64,000 bases of DNA from Azolla caroliniana (Eukaryota > Plantae > Polypodiophyta): contig JBHGNT010000007.1 in assembly GCA_043228905.1 (NCBI GenBank), positions 21,824,001-21,888,000 on the forward strand. Direction: 5' to 3'. The notes under the pieces are model-generated. The model was not told the DNA's origin, made no database searches, and was given only the letters and a program-made list of their open reading frames with translations. This document shows, piece after piece, positions 10,572 to 22,999 of the stretch. Position 1 is the first letter of the stretch. Every line of letters starts with the position of its first letter. The translations under genes and the position numbers were made by a program.

Positions 10572-13500
10572 CGTCGCCCACATTCTCTTGGTTCCATTGC
10601 CGGACCATCAGGCAATTTCACATTGGAGGTATGGCTTTCGTTTAACTCTAGTTCCATTCAGTCTGTTGCTTTACTTGATTCTGGGGCATCTTCTTGCTTC
10701 ATCGACGTCGCGTTTGCCCAAGCACATGGCGTACCTGTCGTTGGCCTCTCAAAACCCATTCCAGTTGAAGCCATCGACGGGTGCGTCCTCTCGTCAGGTG
10801 CAATTACTCAAGCTACAATCCCATTAGGGCTTCGGGTGGGCTCACACCAAGAGGAGCTCACCTTTTACTTCATCGCATCTCCTCGACATCCGATCGTCTT
10901 AGGACTAACGTGGTTGGAGGCGCACAATCCAATAGTGGATTGGTGCAACCGCTCGATCACATTTAGCAAGCCAAGATGCTTGTGCAAAAGTATGAAGGTA
11001 AATTCAGTTTCCTATCCTTCGGAGACGGTCGACTCCGAATTGACTACCCCATCATCCGTCCAGGATGGGTTTGTTTATGGCACTATTTCTAACACACTCC
11101 ATGTTATTCCCGAAAAATACCAACACTTCTCCGACGTATTTGAAAAATGTAATGCTGATCGGTTGCCTGAACACCGGCTCTACGACTGTCCGATTGATCT
11201 TCAAGAAGGTGCGTGTCCACCCTTTGGTCCTCTATATGCGTTGTCTGCACCAGAGTTGAAGGCCCTTTGTGTGTATCTCGATGAGAACCTCGAGAAAGGC
11301 TTTATTCAACCTTCTAAGTCACCAGCCGGGGCCCCCATTTTATTTGTGAAGAAGAAGGACGGCTCTCTACGCTTATGCGTTGACTACCGAGGTCTCAACA
11401 AACTCATTGTGCGCAACCGCTATCCGCTACCTCTGATCCCCGAACTCCTTGATGGGCTCCGAGTTGCGCATGTCTTCTCCAAAGTTGATCTGCGTGGAGC
11501 GTACAATCTAGTATGCATCAAGCCGGGGGATGAATGGAAAACCGCATTTCGAACACGGTATGGGCATTTCGAATACAAGGTAATGCCTTTTGGTCTTACT
11601 AATGCTCCTGCAGTTTTTCAACATATGATGAACGATATTTTCCGGGAATATCTTGATCTTTTTGTTGTCATTTACCTCGATGATATTCTCATTTTCTCGC
11701 CAAACATGGAGGAGCACACTCGCCAAGTCCGATTAGTTCTTGCCAAACTTCGTGAGCATGGCCTTTATGCCAAAGGCGAGAAATGCGAGTTCGACCGTAC
11801 CTCGATCGAATTTCTGGGCTACATCATCTCGTCCACTGGCATCACCATGGATATGAAGAAGGTCTTTGTCATTCAGGCGTGGGCGACTCCAAGGCGACTT
11901 AAAGATGTGCAATCCTTCCTCGGCTTCGCGAATTTTTACCGTCGCTTCATCAAGGGGTTTTCCACCCTAGCACAACCTCTTATCGCTCTCACCCATAAAG
12001 GCACTCCATTTTTATGGACCTCGGAGGCACAAAATGCGTTCGACTCACTCAAACACGCATTCATCACTGCCCCGGTGCTGCTACATGCCAACCCCACAAA
12101 ACCCTTCCAAGTCGAAACCGATGCCTCTGACTTTGCCATTGGCGCCATTTTATCCCAAGTAGACGACAACAATCTAATGCACCCAGTGGCTTACTATTCC
12201 CGAAAATTTACGGCATCCGAAATCAATTATCCCATTTATGACAAGGAGCTTGCTGCTATCATTGCTGCCTTTGAAGAATGGCGACCCTACTTGGCCGGCG
12301 CACAACATCGTGTCCAGGTAGTGACTGATCATAAAAATTTAGTTTATTTTTCCACCACTCGTACTTTGAATCGAAGGCAGGCCCGTTGGTCGACATTTCT
12401 CGCCGACTACGATTTTGAGATCGTATTTCGACCTGGTGGCCAACATGGGAAGGCTGATGCCCTTTCTCGCCGAGCTGACCTTGCACTCCACCCTGGGGAT
12501 GCTGTTTATGCTCAACAATCTAGACGTTTGTTGAAACCCGACCAATTGCATCTGTTTGCCACTTGTATGTTGTAGGATGATTCTTTACTCCAACAAATCA
12601 CTGATGCATCCAAGACCGATGCGTTCGCCAACGAGATTCGAGATAGTCTGCAAAACCCCTCCAAGGCGACCAAAAGGAAGGATCTTGACACCTTCACCAT
12701 ACAAGAGGGTTTGTTGTTCCGAGATCATCTCTTATACGTCCCAGAGGGCCCATGTCGCACCCGGGTGTTGCGGGAATGCCACGATGACCCACTTGCAGGT
12801 CATTTCGGGGTCGCGAAAACCCTCGAGCTAATCTCTCGGGGGTATTGGTGGCCACAACCATGGAAGCTGGTCAAAGAATACATAAAGAGTTGTGAGGTTT
12901 GTGCTCGCTCCAAAGCCATTCATCATCGGCCATACGGCTTACTACATCCGCTTCCATGTCCTCGTCGTCCTTGGGCCTCTACCTCTATGGACCTGATAAC
13001 TGATCTACCCTTGGTCAATAGCTATGACTCAGTGTTGGTCGTTGTCGATCGGTTTACGAAGATGGCTCACTTCACTCCATGCTCCAAAACCATTTCCGGA
13101 GAAGGAATGGTGCATCTCCTACTCAACAATGTAGTACGCTTGCATGGACTCCCCGATGATGTCATCTCGGATCGCGGACCCCAGTTTGTCTCTCACTTCT
13201 GGCAGCGCCTGCTACAAACTTTAGGCATCTCTGTCAAGTTGTCCTCCGCTTATCACCCCCAAACTGACGGGCAAACGGAGCGTGTCAACCAAATCCTTGA
13301 GCAGTATCTTCGGTGCTCGGTTAGTTACCAACAAGATGATTGGGTCAACTTACTTTCGCTCGCGGAATTCGCCTACAATAATTCTCTCCATGCATCGACT
13401 GGCGTCACTCCCTTCTTTGCTAACTACGGTTTACATCCTCGCTTCAACATTTCCCTTCCTACCACTTCCGTGAACCCTTCGGCGGAGGATCGTGCCCGCA

Positions 13501-14102
13501 TTTTGGAAGAAGTACATCATGATTTATCCTTGGAGCTTAGTCTTGCTAGTGAACGATACAAGAAGCAGGCTGATCGCCATCGATCTTCCACTCCACACTT
13601 TGTCGTTGGAGACATGGTCTGGTTGTTACGTCGACACATCTCTACTACTCGTCCATGTGTGAAACTTGATTACAAGAAGTTGGGACCATTCCGTATCATC
13701 GAGTGCATCAATCCCGTCGCCTTCCGGCTCGCCCTTCCATCCCACTTCCGGATTCATGATGTTTTTCATGTCTCCCTCCTCGAACCCCATTATGCTTCAC
13801 AACTCCCAGGACGTCAAGCCCCACCACCACCACCTGTGCAATTGACGACAGGGGAGGAATACGAGGTCGACCAAATCCTTGACTCGCGTTGGCACCGTCG
13901 ACACTTGCAATACCTCGTCATATGGAGGGGTTACCCCATGTCTGAGACCACATGGGAACCATCGGCAAATTTACAAAATGCCCCAGAGGTCGTCCAAGAT
14001 TTTCATCACCGATATCCCCACAAACCAGCGGCCGATTTGGGAAGGTGGCGTAAGAGGGGGGATAATGTCAAGATTCGAACTCTTGACACGACCATGTTAT
14101 AA
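10521..14102 (+). pseudogene. Gypsy Pol (PR-RT-RNase H-IN-chromodomain) with one in-frame TAG at 12573-12575
   Basis: LLDSGAS, YLDD, ETDASD, HDDPLAGHFG, SMDLI, SDRGPQF, DGQTER, GPF, chromodomain YEVDQILDSR...YLVIWRGY...TWEP; ORFs 10623-12575 and 12711-14102 share a frame. Confidence 0.92.
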
Positions 14103-14418
14103 TCTAGTATTATGAGTTAACCAAGATATCTAGTACTAGTTATGTATGTAATTGGTCCTTATTATTTTACTAGCATCATGTGCATAGTTGCTCCCTTGTA
14201 GTATTTACACTTGGCACATGCATGCATACCTACATGCTCTATTGTAGATTCACATGCGTGCAACAAGTATGCATGCCATGTAGTATAAATAGAGGAGTTC
14301 ACCTTGAAGGAATTCAAGGTGAACAACACCCGTTATGGAGTCTTTCCTTTAGTACTATCTTCTTTCTTGTCCATTTGGTTATCTTCTTGGTTGTCTCTTG
14401 ACTTTATGATCCGTGACA
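14066..14418 (+). repeat. Gypsy 3' LTR
   Basis: 353-bp direct repeat of 9129-9481, preceded by the PPT. Confidence 0.96.
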
Positions 14419-16971
14419 GCAGCCTTAATCGCATGCAAACCTGCCGGGTCCATAATCCAACATGAGACCGAGTACCACATGGTGGCGAGCATCACTTGGT
14501 TCGCAATAAGGACCCTACCAGCGAAGGATAATTTAGATCTACTCCATTGGTTCAGCTTCTTGCTTATTTTGGCTTGCACAAGGGACAATTGTGCTCCCTT
14601 GGGAATCGCCCTCCCCATAGTAAATCCTAGATACTTGAACGTCGTCCCGTTAGGGACCCATGTAAAATCGGCATGGGGATGCCACCTTGGTTTCTCTTGT
14701 TCACTGAACCAAAGGCCTTGGGTTTTATCCCAATTGACCTTGGCACCAGCAGCCTGACAAAAGTCCTCGACTAAATATTTAGCCTGCTGCAAATTCTCCT
14801 CATCACCTTGTAGGAAGAGGACCGTATCATCAGCATATTCGGATAGAAGAAGATCTTCACTCGCATTAGGGATGGGCAATCCCCTCAATCCGTTGCTTGG
14901 GGCTTGTAAGTAGGCAGAGAATGCCTCGGTTACGAATAGATAAAGATATGGGGCTAGGGGACAGCCTTGCCTCACTGAGCGTTGTAGTTTGAAGGAAGGT
15001 CCCCTAGTACCAGCGATCAACACACTACTGGTAGCTGCAGTCCGGTAGAGGGCAGAAGTGCATTTCCTCCATTTTTGGGGTAGGCCCATAGCTCTCATCA
15101 CATTTTCCAAGAAGGGCCAAAGGACCCTATCGTATGCCTTCTCGAAGTTAAGCATCAGAATAGCTGAGCTCGAGATGGACTGATCAGCCAATGCCATGGC
15201 TTCTCAGAGAAGCAACACATTATCAAAGATACACCTGCTCCTAATAAACCCTGTTTGATTCTCATGTATAATGTATGGTAAGAACCTTGCTAACTGTCGC
15301 GCGAGGACTTTTGCTAGAATCTTGTAAATCGTGTTAAGGATCGTTATAGGACGCCATTGGCGCAACTCCAGGCTTCGCTCTGCCGCTTTGGGAATGAGAT
15401 AGATCATCCCCTCAGCCAGCCCGGTCGGCATTGTTCCTGAGGACCAAATCTCTTGAACCTCGACTTCCAAGGATGGGATAACAATGTCCCAATGGATCTT
15501 GAAAAAATCTCGTGAGAGACCATCGGGGTCGGGGCATGCTCCTCTCCGCAAATCCCTGAGTGCCTCCGAGAGTTCTATACGAGAAATGGGGCTATCGAGC
15601 ACCATTTCCATCTCTTGGGATACCTTGGGGTGAATGCAAGTCATCACCCTATCAGCCAGCTCTACGTTTTGCCTCATATGCACAGGTGCAAGTAGGTCTT
15701 GATAGTATTGCGTTGCCATATGCAAAATCTCATCCTTGTCCTCCGTAATTGAGCCGTCTGGTTTACACAACTGTTGTATACGTCCACCACCACCCTTGGG
15801 AGCCTTGTAATGAAAGAAATGTCGGTTGACCCTATCGTCTATTCTAGCCCACCATGCCGCGGTCCTTCGAAATAACATTCGGTTCCTCTCCTCCGTCCTT
15901 TCCTGAACCTTCATCTTGGCTTCCTCTAGCTTAGATCTAGACCAAATGCAGCCAGGGTCCGTCTGTAGCAAGCGTTGCACTGCCGCAACGGACTTCCTTA
16001 ATTTTATTTCAATGGCACTGACCTGTTGGAGGGCCCGCTTGGTCTCTTGCTGTAAAAATGAGGAGGAGAGGGCCAGTTTTTTCTGCAAATCCTCACTAGC
16101 CGAGTCTCTTACAATGGTCTCCCCCCAAATACTCTGTAGACCCGCCTTCACCTCTTCACTCTTCATGATCTTTGTGGGGATTTTCATGTTGAGACTCCCG
16201 TGGGTGCCGTTGGGTGGGTTAAGGTCTAGTCTCATCAGTTGGTGATCAGAGAAGGTAAGGCCTGCCAAGATAGCGAAGGAACCCCCAACTCCTCAAGGGA
16301 CGAGCTGATGTATATGCGGTCTAACCGTGCAGGGCTACCACCCCTAACATTCACGGCGGCTCTCAAGAAGTGTGGCAAATGTGAGCATCTCCTAAGGGAA
16401 TAGCCCCATGTATCTTTCACCCCGATTTTGCCAATTAAGAGACCCCATGAGTCCAGCTCCGCACCATGAATTGGTCTTTGGGTCCCCCCTTTCCTGTCAC
16501 CCAGATGTTCAGTCATGTTGAAATCACCAGCCATTATCCATGCCTCTGCATCAGGTAATGTGGTCGCTAACATCCTCCAGAAGATTGCTCTCTCGAGGGA
16601 TGAGTTAGGGGCATAAATGTTTAGCACCCCAATCTGTAGGTGATTCCATTTCAAAAGCACATATAAAGCCCTACCCGCAACCAGCGTGCCATGTGATGTT
16701 ACTTCATATCGGGCCTTATCACTGATCGAGATGCAAACCCCTCCCCTTCTTTGAAGGTCACCCTGTGCCGCCGACCACCACGTGGTCCACCCACCCGACA
16801 AGGGGTTTACTATGCTCTGAATTCTCTCTTCAGAGAGATGGTGTTCCTACAACAACAATATATCGATCTTACCCCCAATATTAGAGCGATTCAACTCCTC
16901 TCGAAGTCTTTTGCACCTTGGTGTTGCCGGCCTCCACTAAGGCCATGTACATTCCATGTTAAGATCCTCAT
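14419..16971 (-). pseudogene. LINE-A ORF2 N-terminal part (APE endonuclease plus RT), frameshifted
   Basis: Start MRILTWNVHG at 16971; YAPN, AGDFN, RLDRIY, SDH; WRPITILN, NQTGF, FEKAYD, RQGCPLAP, YADD; split over three ORFs. Confidence 0.9.
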
Positions 16972-17066
16972 CCGAAAACGGTGAGGTTGACGCCCATGTC
17001 CGGGCTGACCCCCATGTCATGGGGCAAACTAGCGCCTATTTCTGGTGCTATGGGCTCCCACGAAGG

Positions 17067-17794
17067 CTAAAGAGCCCCTAAGGGGTTCTCGGCTTGTTGA
17101 TCCCGGCCCACTTCAAATAGTTCTTGCGATACATTTTGGCTCCTGAGTGGCTGTCCAACCTGCATCCCTTTATCCCAAATAGTCCTCACCAAACCAGGTG
17201 ATGGTTTGCTTGTACTTCCCTTCCCTTTGCCCTTGATCTTGCCCGTCCGGATCCACGATTTCAATAATCTGAGGTCACCACCACATTCACGTTCCATCAT
17301 GGGGGAGGCCTTAGCCAACATCTCCTCTGGGGTGGAAAGTACACGATGTGGTTGCAACTCCATCGGGGAGGGGAACATGAGATGAGGATTGTGTGGGGGA
17401 AGGGACCAAGAGTCACAAGGGGACAATGTTGTTGCCAACGCTTCTGGGTTGTCCTCTCCTAGCCCTTGGAGCAATGTAAATCTGTTGGTAGCCCTCCCCT
17501 TTAGGTCGTGTGATTCTGCACTCCTTGAGAGGATCTTCACCCGTTTCGAGGGTTGCTCGTCCGCACTTGCTGGTGACACTATAGTGGGACTATGGTCAAA
17601 GGGAAGGCCTTGAGAGGGGGGGGAGGCCGCACCTAGGCTTCCAGGTTTCCCCTTCTTCTTGACGGGCTGCCAAGGAACCTCGTCACCCTTGGTTGACACA
17701 GTCTTCCTAGAGTCTTGAGGTCCCGAGCTTCCCTTTCCAGTCTTATGAGGACAATTCTTAGCTAGGTGTCCTTTCTGTTTGCAAATAAAACACT
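17067..17794 (-). pseudogene. LINE-A ORF1 3' part
   Basis: Reads CFICKQKGHLAKNC...VSTKGDE in frame with ORF 17067-17699. Confidence 0.85.
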
Positions 17795-18095
17795 TGTCGA
17801 ATACAAGTGTATAATGGACGTATTCACACTATCCCTTTTGTATAGCTCAAGTTTGGGCCATTTGTGTAATTAGCATAAATGGTAGTTGCCCTAAGTCGGT
17901 CACTATATATAGTGACCTTGTAACCTTTTTGTAAGGTTGGGTGTTGTATTATTTCTTCTATTGAATAGAAAGTCTTTTGTGCCTCTCTCTCTCTCTCTCT
18001 CTCTCTCTCCCTATCTCAGAAACTGTCATACGCAGGTACTCAACCCTAAAAGAATGCTTCTTGATCTTCCGCATTGACGGCCCTTGCTTCCAACA
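17795..18095 (+). repeat. Copia-2 5' LTR (301 bp)
   Basis: TG...CA; differs from the 3' LTR by one substitution and one TC microsatellite unit. Confidence 0.96.
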
Positions 18096-18791
18096 TCTGG
18101 TATCAGAGCCTGCACAGCATTCGGTCCTTCAATCCGCTGTCGGCCGCCGTCTCAGCCTGCAAAGCATTCGGTTTCCTGCGTCATTCGAAGAAGAGAGAAG
18201 AAGAAGAAAAACGAGGCTTCCATCTCATCGCGTTAGATCATTTTCGCTTGGAGTAAGCCAGCCGGTTGTACTCTGCTCCTTGTGATCGTAACCACTCGAG
18301 GTGAAATCCCCTTGTGCAACATTGACACGATCGTGCTCCACTCGGTTAAACGGCATCCGAAGAGGTCAACAAACGCTGCTCGCCGCTCATTGTAACCACT
18401 CGGTGCAGATCGGTCTCAAGACAACAACCCCAATTCGTGCTTCATCCGGCTGATCGACATTCGAGAGGATCAGTTGGATCCGTCTCTCTCGTCACTGCAG
18501 TCACCCGAAGCAGAATCGGTCCAGACAATCGGTTTCAATAATCGGTATTCGGCATATATATCCGAAACGAACCGGGCTCACTCCGACTCGGCAACATTCG
18601 GGAAGACCAGTCGGTTCTGTCCCTCAAGTTACCGGAGTCAATTCGAGCAAGTTCAACAATACATATATCTGAAGCCGAACCGACTCGGGTTCAAATCCGA
18701 CTAGAACGATATCGGGTGAGCCAACCGGCTGCACTCCAACAAGGTTCATAGTCAACTCCGAACCGAGCTTCGTCAACCGAAACCGAATTTG

Positions 18792-21700
18792 ATGGCATCA
18801 ACATCCGGCTCGTCAGAAATGAGTCTACGAAAGTTCGATGGATCGAACTTTAACTTCTGGAAGGAGCAAATGCAGGACTATCTCATAGTCAAGGGGCAAA
18901 TCGATCCCATCGAAAATGAAGAACCTCCAGAAGGATACAAACCAATTGAGTGGCAGAAGCTGGACAGAATCGTCCGCGCCACGATTCGGATGCACCTATC
19001 GGAATCGGTATATTTTACGGTGCAATCGTGTACGACAGCATTCGAACTGTGGAAAACACTGTCGGACACTTACGAAAAGAAGGTCGCCGCAACGAAGATG
19101 TTTCTGATCCGGCGCCTCTACAACTTGCGGATGAAAGAATCCGATTCGGTTCAAGCACACCTCAATGAGTACGAAAGCATAAGCTCCCAAATCTCATCTC
19201 AGGGGACGGCAATCGAGGATGAACTCAGAGCAATGATACTCATGAGTAGCCTTCCCTCATCATGGGAAACTTTCGTCACAACCGTGTGCAACGCGTCAAC
19301 CACGGCTGTTAAATACTCCGAAGTCCCGAGCGCAATCCTCACCGAAGCAGCTCGGAGAAAGTCTTTCGCCAAAGACTCAACAAACGACGCTTATGTAGTA
19401 CAAGGTTCGACAGACCGATCGAACATACGAGGAAGAGATTCCTCACGACCGCCGAACAACCAGCGAAGACGGAGCCAGTCACGGGATAACCGAATCTGCA
19501 ACTATTGCAAGAAACCCGGACACATCAAAGCCGACTGCCGCGCACTCAAGAACAAGAACAACAAGAAGAGTGGCCGGCATGAGGAGATCAATTACGTCAG
19601 CTTCTCAGCTGATGTGCTACCAAACGACCCGAATATACTGTCAATCGAAAATCCAGTCGGATCAGAAGTTCTGCTCACGACTGAAGAATCGAGCACATGG
19701 CTCTTGGATTCGGGCGCGTCATTTCACGTGACTCCTCATAGATCCCAATTTCGGCAATATACGATCCGTCACTCCGACTCAGTTCGAGTCGGCAACTCAC
19801 AACACTGTGACATCATCGGAATCGGCACAGTAGAGCTCAACCTTGCAGGTGGCTCTACACTTGTACTTCACAATGTCCGACATGTACCCGAGCTCTCGAG
19901 GCCTTTGATCTCAGTCGGACAACTAGATGAAGACGGCATTCGTGCCGGTTTCTCTTCGGGAGGGTGGACACTCCACAGGGGGAACCTCCTGCTTGCTAGA
20001 GGACCCAAGATACACTCACTGTATCCGTTACATGTTACGCTCAGAGAGGGTAACCTGTTTTTGGTGGATATTCCTGTGTCATCACTATGGCACCGAAGAT
20101 TAGGACACCTCAGCAAGGCCGGCATTACGCATCTATCTAGAGCCGGGTACATCCCCAAACTCTCCTTCTCCGACCATCAATTCTGCGAGCATTGCCAGTA
20201 TGGCAAACAAGCAGCCGCATCACACCCGACATCAGCACCAAGAGAAACGAGACCTCTCGACTTAGTCCACTCGGACGTCTGTGGCCCAATGCCGCATCAG
20301 TCTCTTGGCGGTGCCTCTTACTTCGTCAGTTTTATTGACGATTCGACTCGAAAGGTGTGGGCTTATCCAATTCGCACCAAAGATCGTGTCTTCTCGATCT
20401 TCTCCGACTGGCTCGCTATGGTAGAAAATCAAACCGACCGAAAACTGAAATGCTTTCGGACCGATAATGGGGGAGAGTTCAAATCAGAAGAATTCGTCAA
20501 ATTCTGCCGACAACGCGGCATCCGACGTGAATTTACGGCACCACACAGTCCGGAGCAAAACGGGATTGCAGAACGAATGAATCGGACAATCCAAGAACGG
20601 ATAGTTTCCATGCTCCAACACTCCGGACTGTCGGATGGCTTCTGGGCAGAGGCTCTACTCACGGCAGTACACATAATCAATATGTCGCCAAGTAGACCTC
20701 TAGGACTTCAAATTCCTCAGGAACTATGGATCGGCAGTAAGCCGAATTACGACAAGCTGAGGATCTTCGGATGCGAGGCATACGCCCTTATTCCGAAAGA
20801 TGATCGCCGAAAACTTGCACCTCGGTCCAGGAAATGCATTTTCCTTGGATATGGATCAGACGGCGAAATGGGATACCGACTCTGGGACCCCGAACGCAGA
20901 CAAATCGTTCGAAGTTCGGACGTTGTGTTCAACGAGTCGGCTATGAATCCATCAGTCGAAAAACCGATTGAAGTCCGAAGGGTAACATTTTCCGATGTGC
21001 CGACCCTTCAAGAAGGCCCTGCTCTTAACACACGGTCAGCTTCACGGGTAGCTGAACCTTACACTCCCGACTCGGACAACTCCGACTCGGCACAGCCGAA
21101 TGATTCGCTTTCGGACCATCCGACCTCGATACCCGATGCGACCAGTCCAGTCATACCCCGACGATCCGAGAGACTGTCGCAACCTCCGGAGAGGTATTCT
21201 CCTGGAATTTTCTTCACCGACGCCGGCGAACCGACGTCTTACGAAGAAGCATCGACATCTGTCGATTCAGCCACCTGGCATCTGGCGATGGAGTCGGAAA
21301 TGCACTCCATTCGGGCAAACAAGACTTGGGACCTAGTCGAATTACCTCAGAACCGACGTGCTCTTCATTGCAAGTGGGTTTATCGACTAAAAGAGACGTC
21401 TGATTCGACCACCCCAAAGTACAAGGCCAGATTAGTTGCGAAGGGCTTCCGACAAGAATATGGCGTCGACTTCGACGAGATTTTTTCACCAGTGGTGAAA
21501 ATGACAACCCTTCGTTTCCTACTCGGCGTAGTGGCAGCCGACAACTTGGAGCTGATTCAGCTAGATGTCAAAACAGCCTTCCTCCATGGTGATCTTGAAG
21601 AGGAAATTTATATGGAGCAGCCAAAAGGCTTCGTGGCAACTAGCCAAGAACATCTAGTCTGCCGACTCAGGAAGAGTCTATACGGCCTCAAACAGGCACC

Positions 21701-22805
21701 GCGACAATGGTACAAGAAGTTCGACGACTTCATCCAATCGATCGGCTTCTCAAAAAGCGATGAGGACCATTGTCTCTTCACCAACACAGCTCAAGATGGA
21801 TCACCCATCTTCCTCATCATTTACGTGGACGACATGCTAATTTCTGGACGCCACGCGGGCGAACTTGCCGATCTCATTCGGCAACTGCGGTTGAAGTTTG
21901 CCATGAAGGACCTCGGTCCGGCACGACACATACTCGGCATGAAGATTAGTCGGCATCGCGATAAACGACATCTTTTTTTGTCTCAGACCGACTATATCGG
22001 ACGTGTCTTGGAACGCTTCAACATGCAATCAGCCAAATCTGCTTCAACCCCGCTCCCCATGAATCTTCGGCTCTCTCAGCGAGACTGCCCGACATCCGGT
22101 TCGGAGGGGGAAGATATGAAGTCGGTACCGTATGCACCGGCAGTCGGCTCCCTTATGTACCTGATGGTCGCGACACGGCCTGATATTTCTCATGCCGTAG
22201 GAGTCGTTAGCAGATTTATGCATAATCCTGGCCGATCGCATTGGAACGCAGTCAAGCATGTGTTCAGATATCTGGCTGGCACAAAAGACCACGGCATTCT
22301 TTTCGGTCCGAACCGAACCTCAGGCGTAGTCGGTTACACCGACTCGGACTTCGCCGGCTGTATAGACAGTCGGAAATCAACAACCGGATACTGCTTCAAA
22401 TTCGGCAATGGAGCAATCTCGTGGAAGTCGAAACTTCAGGAGTGCACAGCGACCTCAACGACCGAAGCAGAATATGTAGCTGCGTCCGACGCAGCAAAAG
22501 AAGCTTTGTGGCTCGGTCGGCTGGCGCACACGTTTCGACAAGTCGACCATGACTCGGCTCCAGTTGTCTATAGCGACAGTCAAGGTGCTGTTGCCTTGTC
22601 AAAAAATCCGGTTCACCACAACGCCTCCAAACATATCGACGTTCGATATCACTTCGTTCGGGACTGCGTCATTTCAGGGAAAATCGGTCTAGAGAAAATA
22701 TCCACAACTGACAATGTCGCAGATGGAATGACCAAGTGTCTTTCGGCAGACCGCTTTCGGTCTCTTCGGCATCAGATGGGCGTAACGACAAACCAGTCCG
22801 GTTAG
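18792..22805 (+). CDS. Copia-2 Gag-Pol polyprotein (~1337 aa)
   Basis: KFDGSNFNFWK, CNYCKKPGHIKADC, WLLDSGAS, WHRRLGH, HSDVCGP, RTDNGGEF, YVDDM, YTDSD, SKHID; uninterrupted. Confidence 0.96.
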   Translation: MASTSGSSEMSLRKFDGSNFNFWKEQMQDYLIVKGQIDPIENEEPPEGYKPIEWQKLDRIVRATIRMHLSESVYFTVQSCTTAFELWKTLSDTYEKKVAATKMFLIRRLYNLRMKESDSVQAHLNEYESISSQISSQGTAIEDELRAMILMSSLPSSWETFVTTVCNASTTAVKYSEVPSAILTEAARRKSFAKDSTNDAYVVQGSTDRSNIRGRDSSRPPNNQRRRSQSRDNRICNYCKKPGHIKADCRALKNKNNKKSGRHEEINYVSFSADVLPNDPNILSIENPVGSEVLLTTEESSTWLLDSGASFHVTPHRSQFRQYTIRHSDSVRVGNSQHCDIIGIGTVELNLAGGSTLVLHNVRHVPELSRPLISVGQLDEDGIRAGFSSGGWTLHRGNLLLARGPKIHSLYPLHVTLREGNLFLVDIPVSSLWHRRLGHLSKAGITHLSRAGYIPKLSFSDHQFCEHCQYGKQAAASHPTSAPRETRPLDLVHSDVCGPMPHQSLGGASYFVSFIDDSTRKVWAYPIRTKDRVFSIFSDWLAMVENQTDRKLKCFRTDNGGEFKSEEFVKFCRQRGIRREFTAPHSPEQNGIAERMNRTIQERIVSMLQHSGLSDGFWAEALLTAVHIINMSPSRPLGLQIPQELWIGSKPNYDKLRIFGCEAYALIPKDDRRKLAPRSRKCIFLGYGSDGEMGYRLWDPERRQIVRSSDVVFNESAMNPSVEKPIEVRRVTFSDVPTLQEGPALNTRSASRVAEPYTPDSDNSDSAQPNDSLSDHPTSIPDATSPVIPRRSERLSQPPERYSPGIFFTDAGEPTSYEEASTSVDSATWHLAMESEMHSIRANKTWDLVELPQNRRALHCKWVYRLKETSDSTTPKYKARLVAKGFRQEYGVDFDEIFSPVVKMTTLRFLLGVVAADNLELIQLDVKTAFLHGDLEEEIYMEQPKGFVATSQEHLVCRLRKSLYGLKQAPRQWYKKFDDFIQSIGFSKSDEDHCLFTNTAQDGSPIFLIIYVDDMLISGRHAGELADLIRQLRLKFAMKDLGPARHILGMKISRHRDKRHLFLSQTDYIGRVLERFNMQSAKSASTPLPMNLRLSQRDCPTSGSEGEDMKSVPYAPAVGSLMYLMVATRPDISHAVGVVSRFMHNPGRSHWNAVKHVFRYLAGTKDHGILFGPNRTSGVVGYTDSDFAGCIDSRKSTTGYCFKFGNGAISWKSKLQECTATSTTEAEYVAASDAAKEALWLGRLAHTFRQVDHDSAPVVYSDSQGAVALSKNPVHHNASKHIDVRYHFVRDCVISGKIGLEKISTTDNVADGMTKCLSADRFRSLRHQMGVTTNQSG

Positions 22806-22999
22806 AGCCGGACACAGCGCAGGATGGTTTCCGACAACCGACATCAGTTCCTTAATGATCGGCTTCGACACTTCCGACCCGACCAGTTCGGTCTTCTGCC
22901 TTCGGACCCTGCCGACTCGAACAAAAACTGATATGTCCGAGAACCTAGGTTCATACCTGTAATCTTAGATAACCCATGTATACGCCCATTACGGGGGAG

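Larger units (their letters stand above)
9129..14418 (+). mobile_element. Ty3/gypsy chromovirus, Tcn1/Tf1-sushi-like
   Basis: 353-bp LTRs (about 4 differences); TSD GCAAC/GCAGC; gag then PR-RT-RH-IN-chromodomain; PPT AAGAGGGGGGATAA at 14052-14065. Confidence 0.96.
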
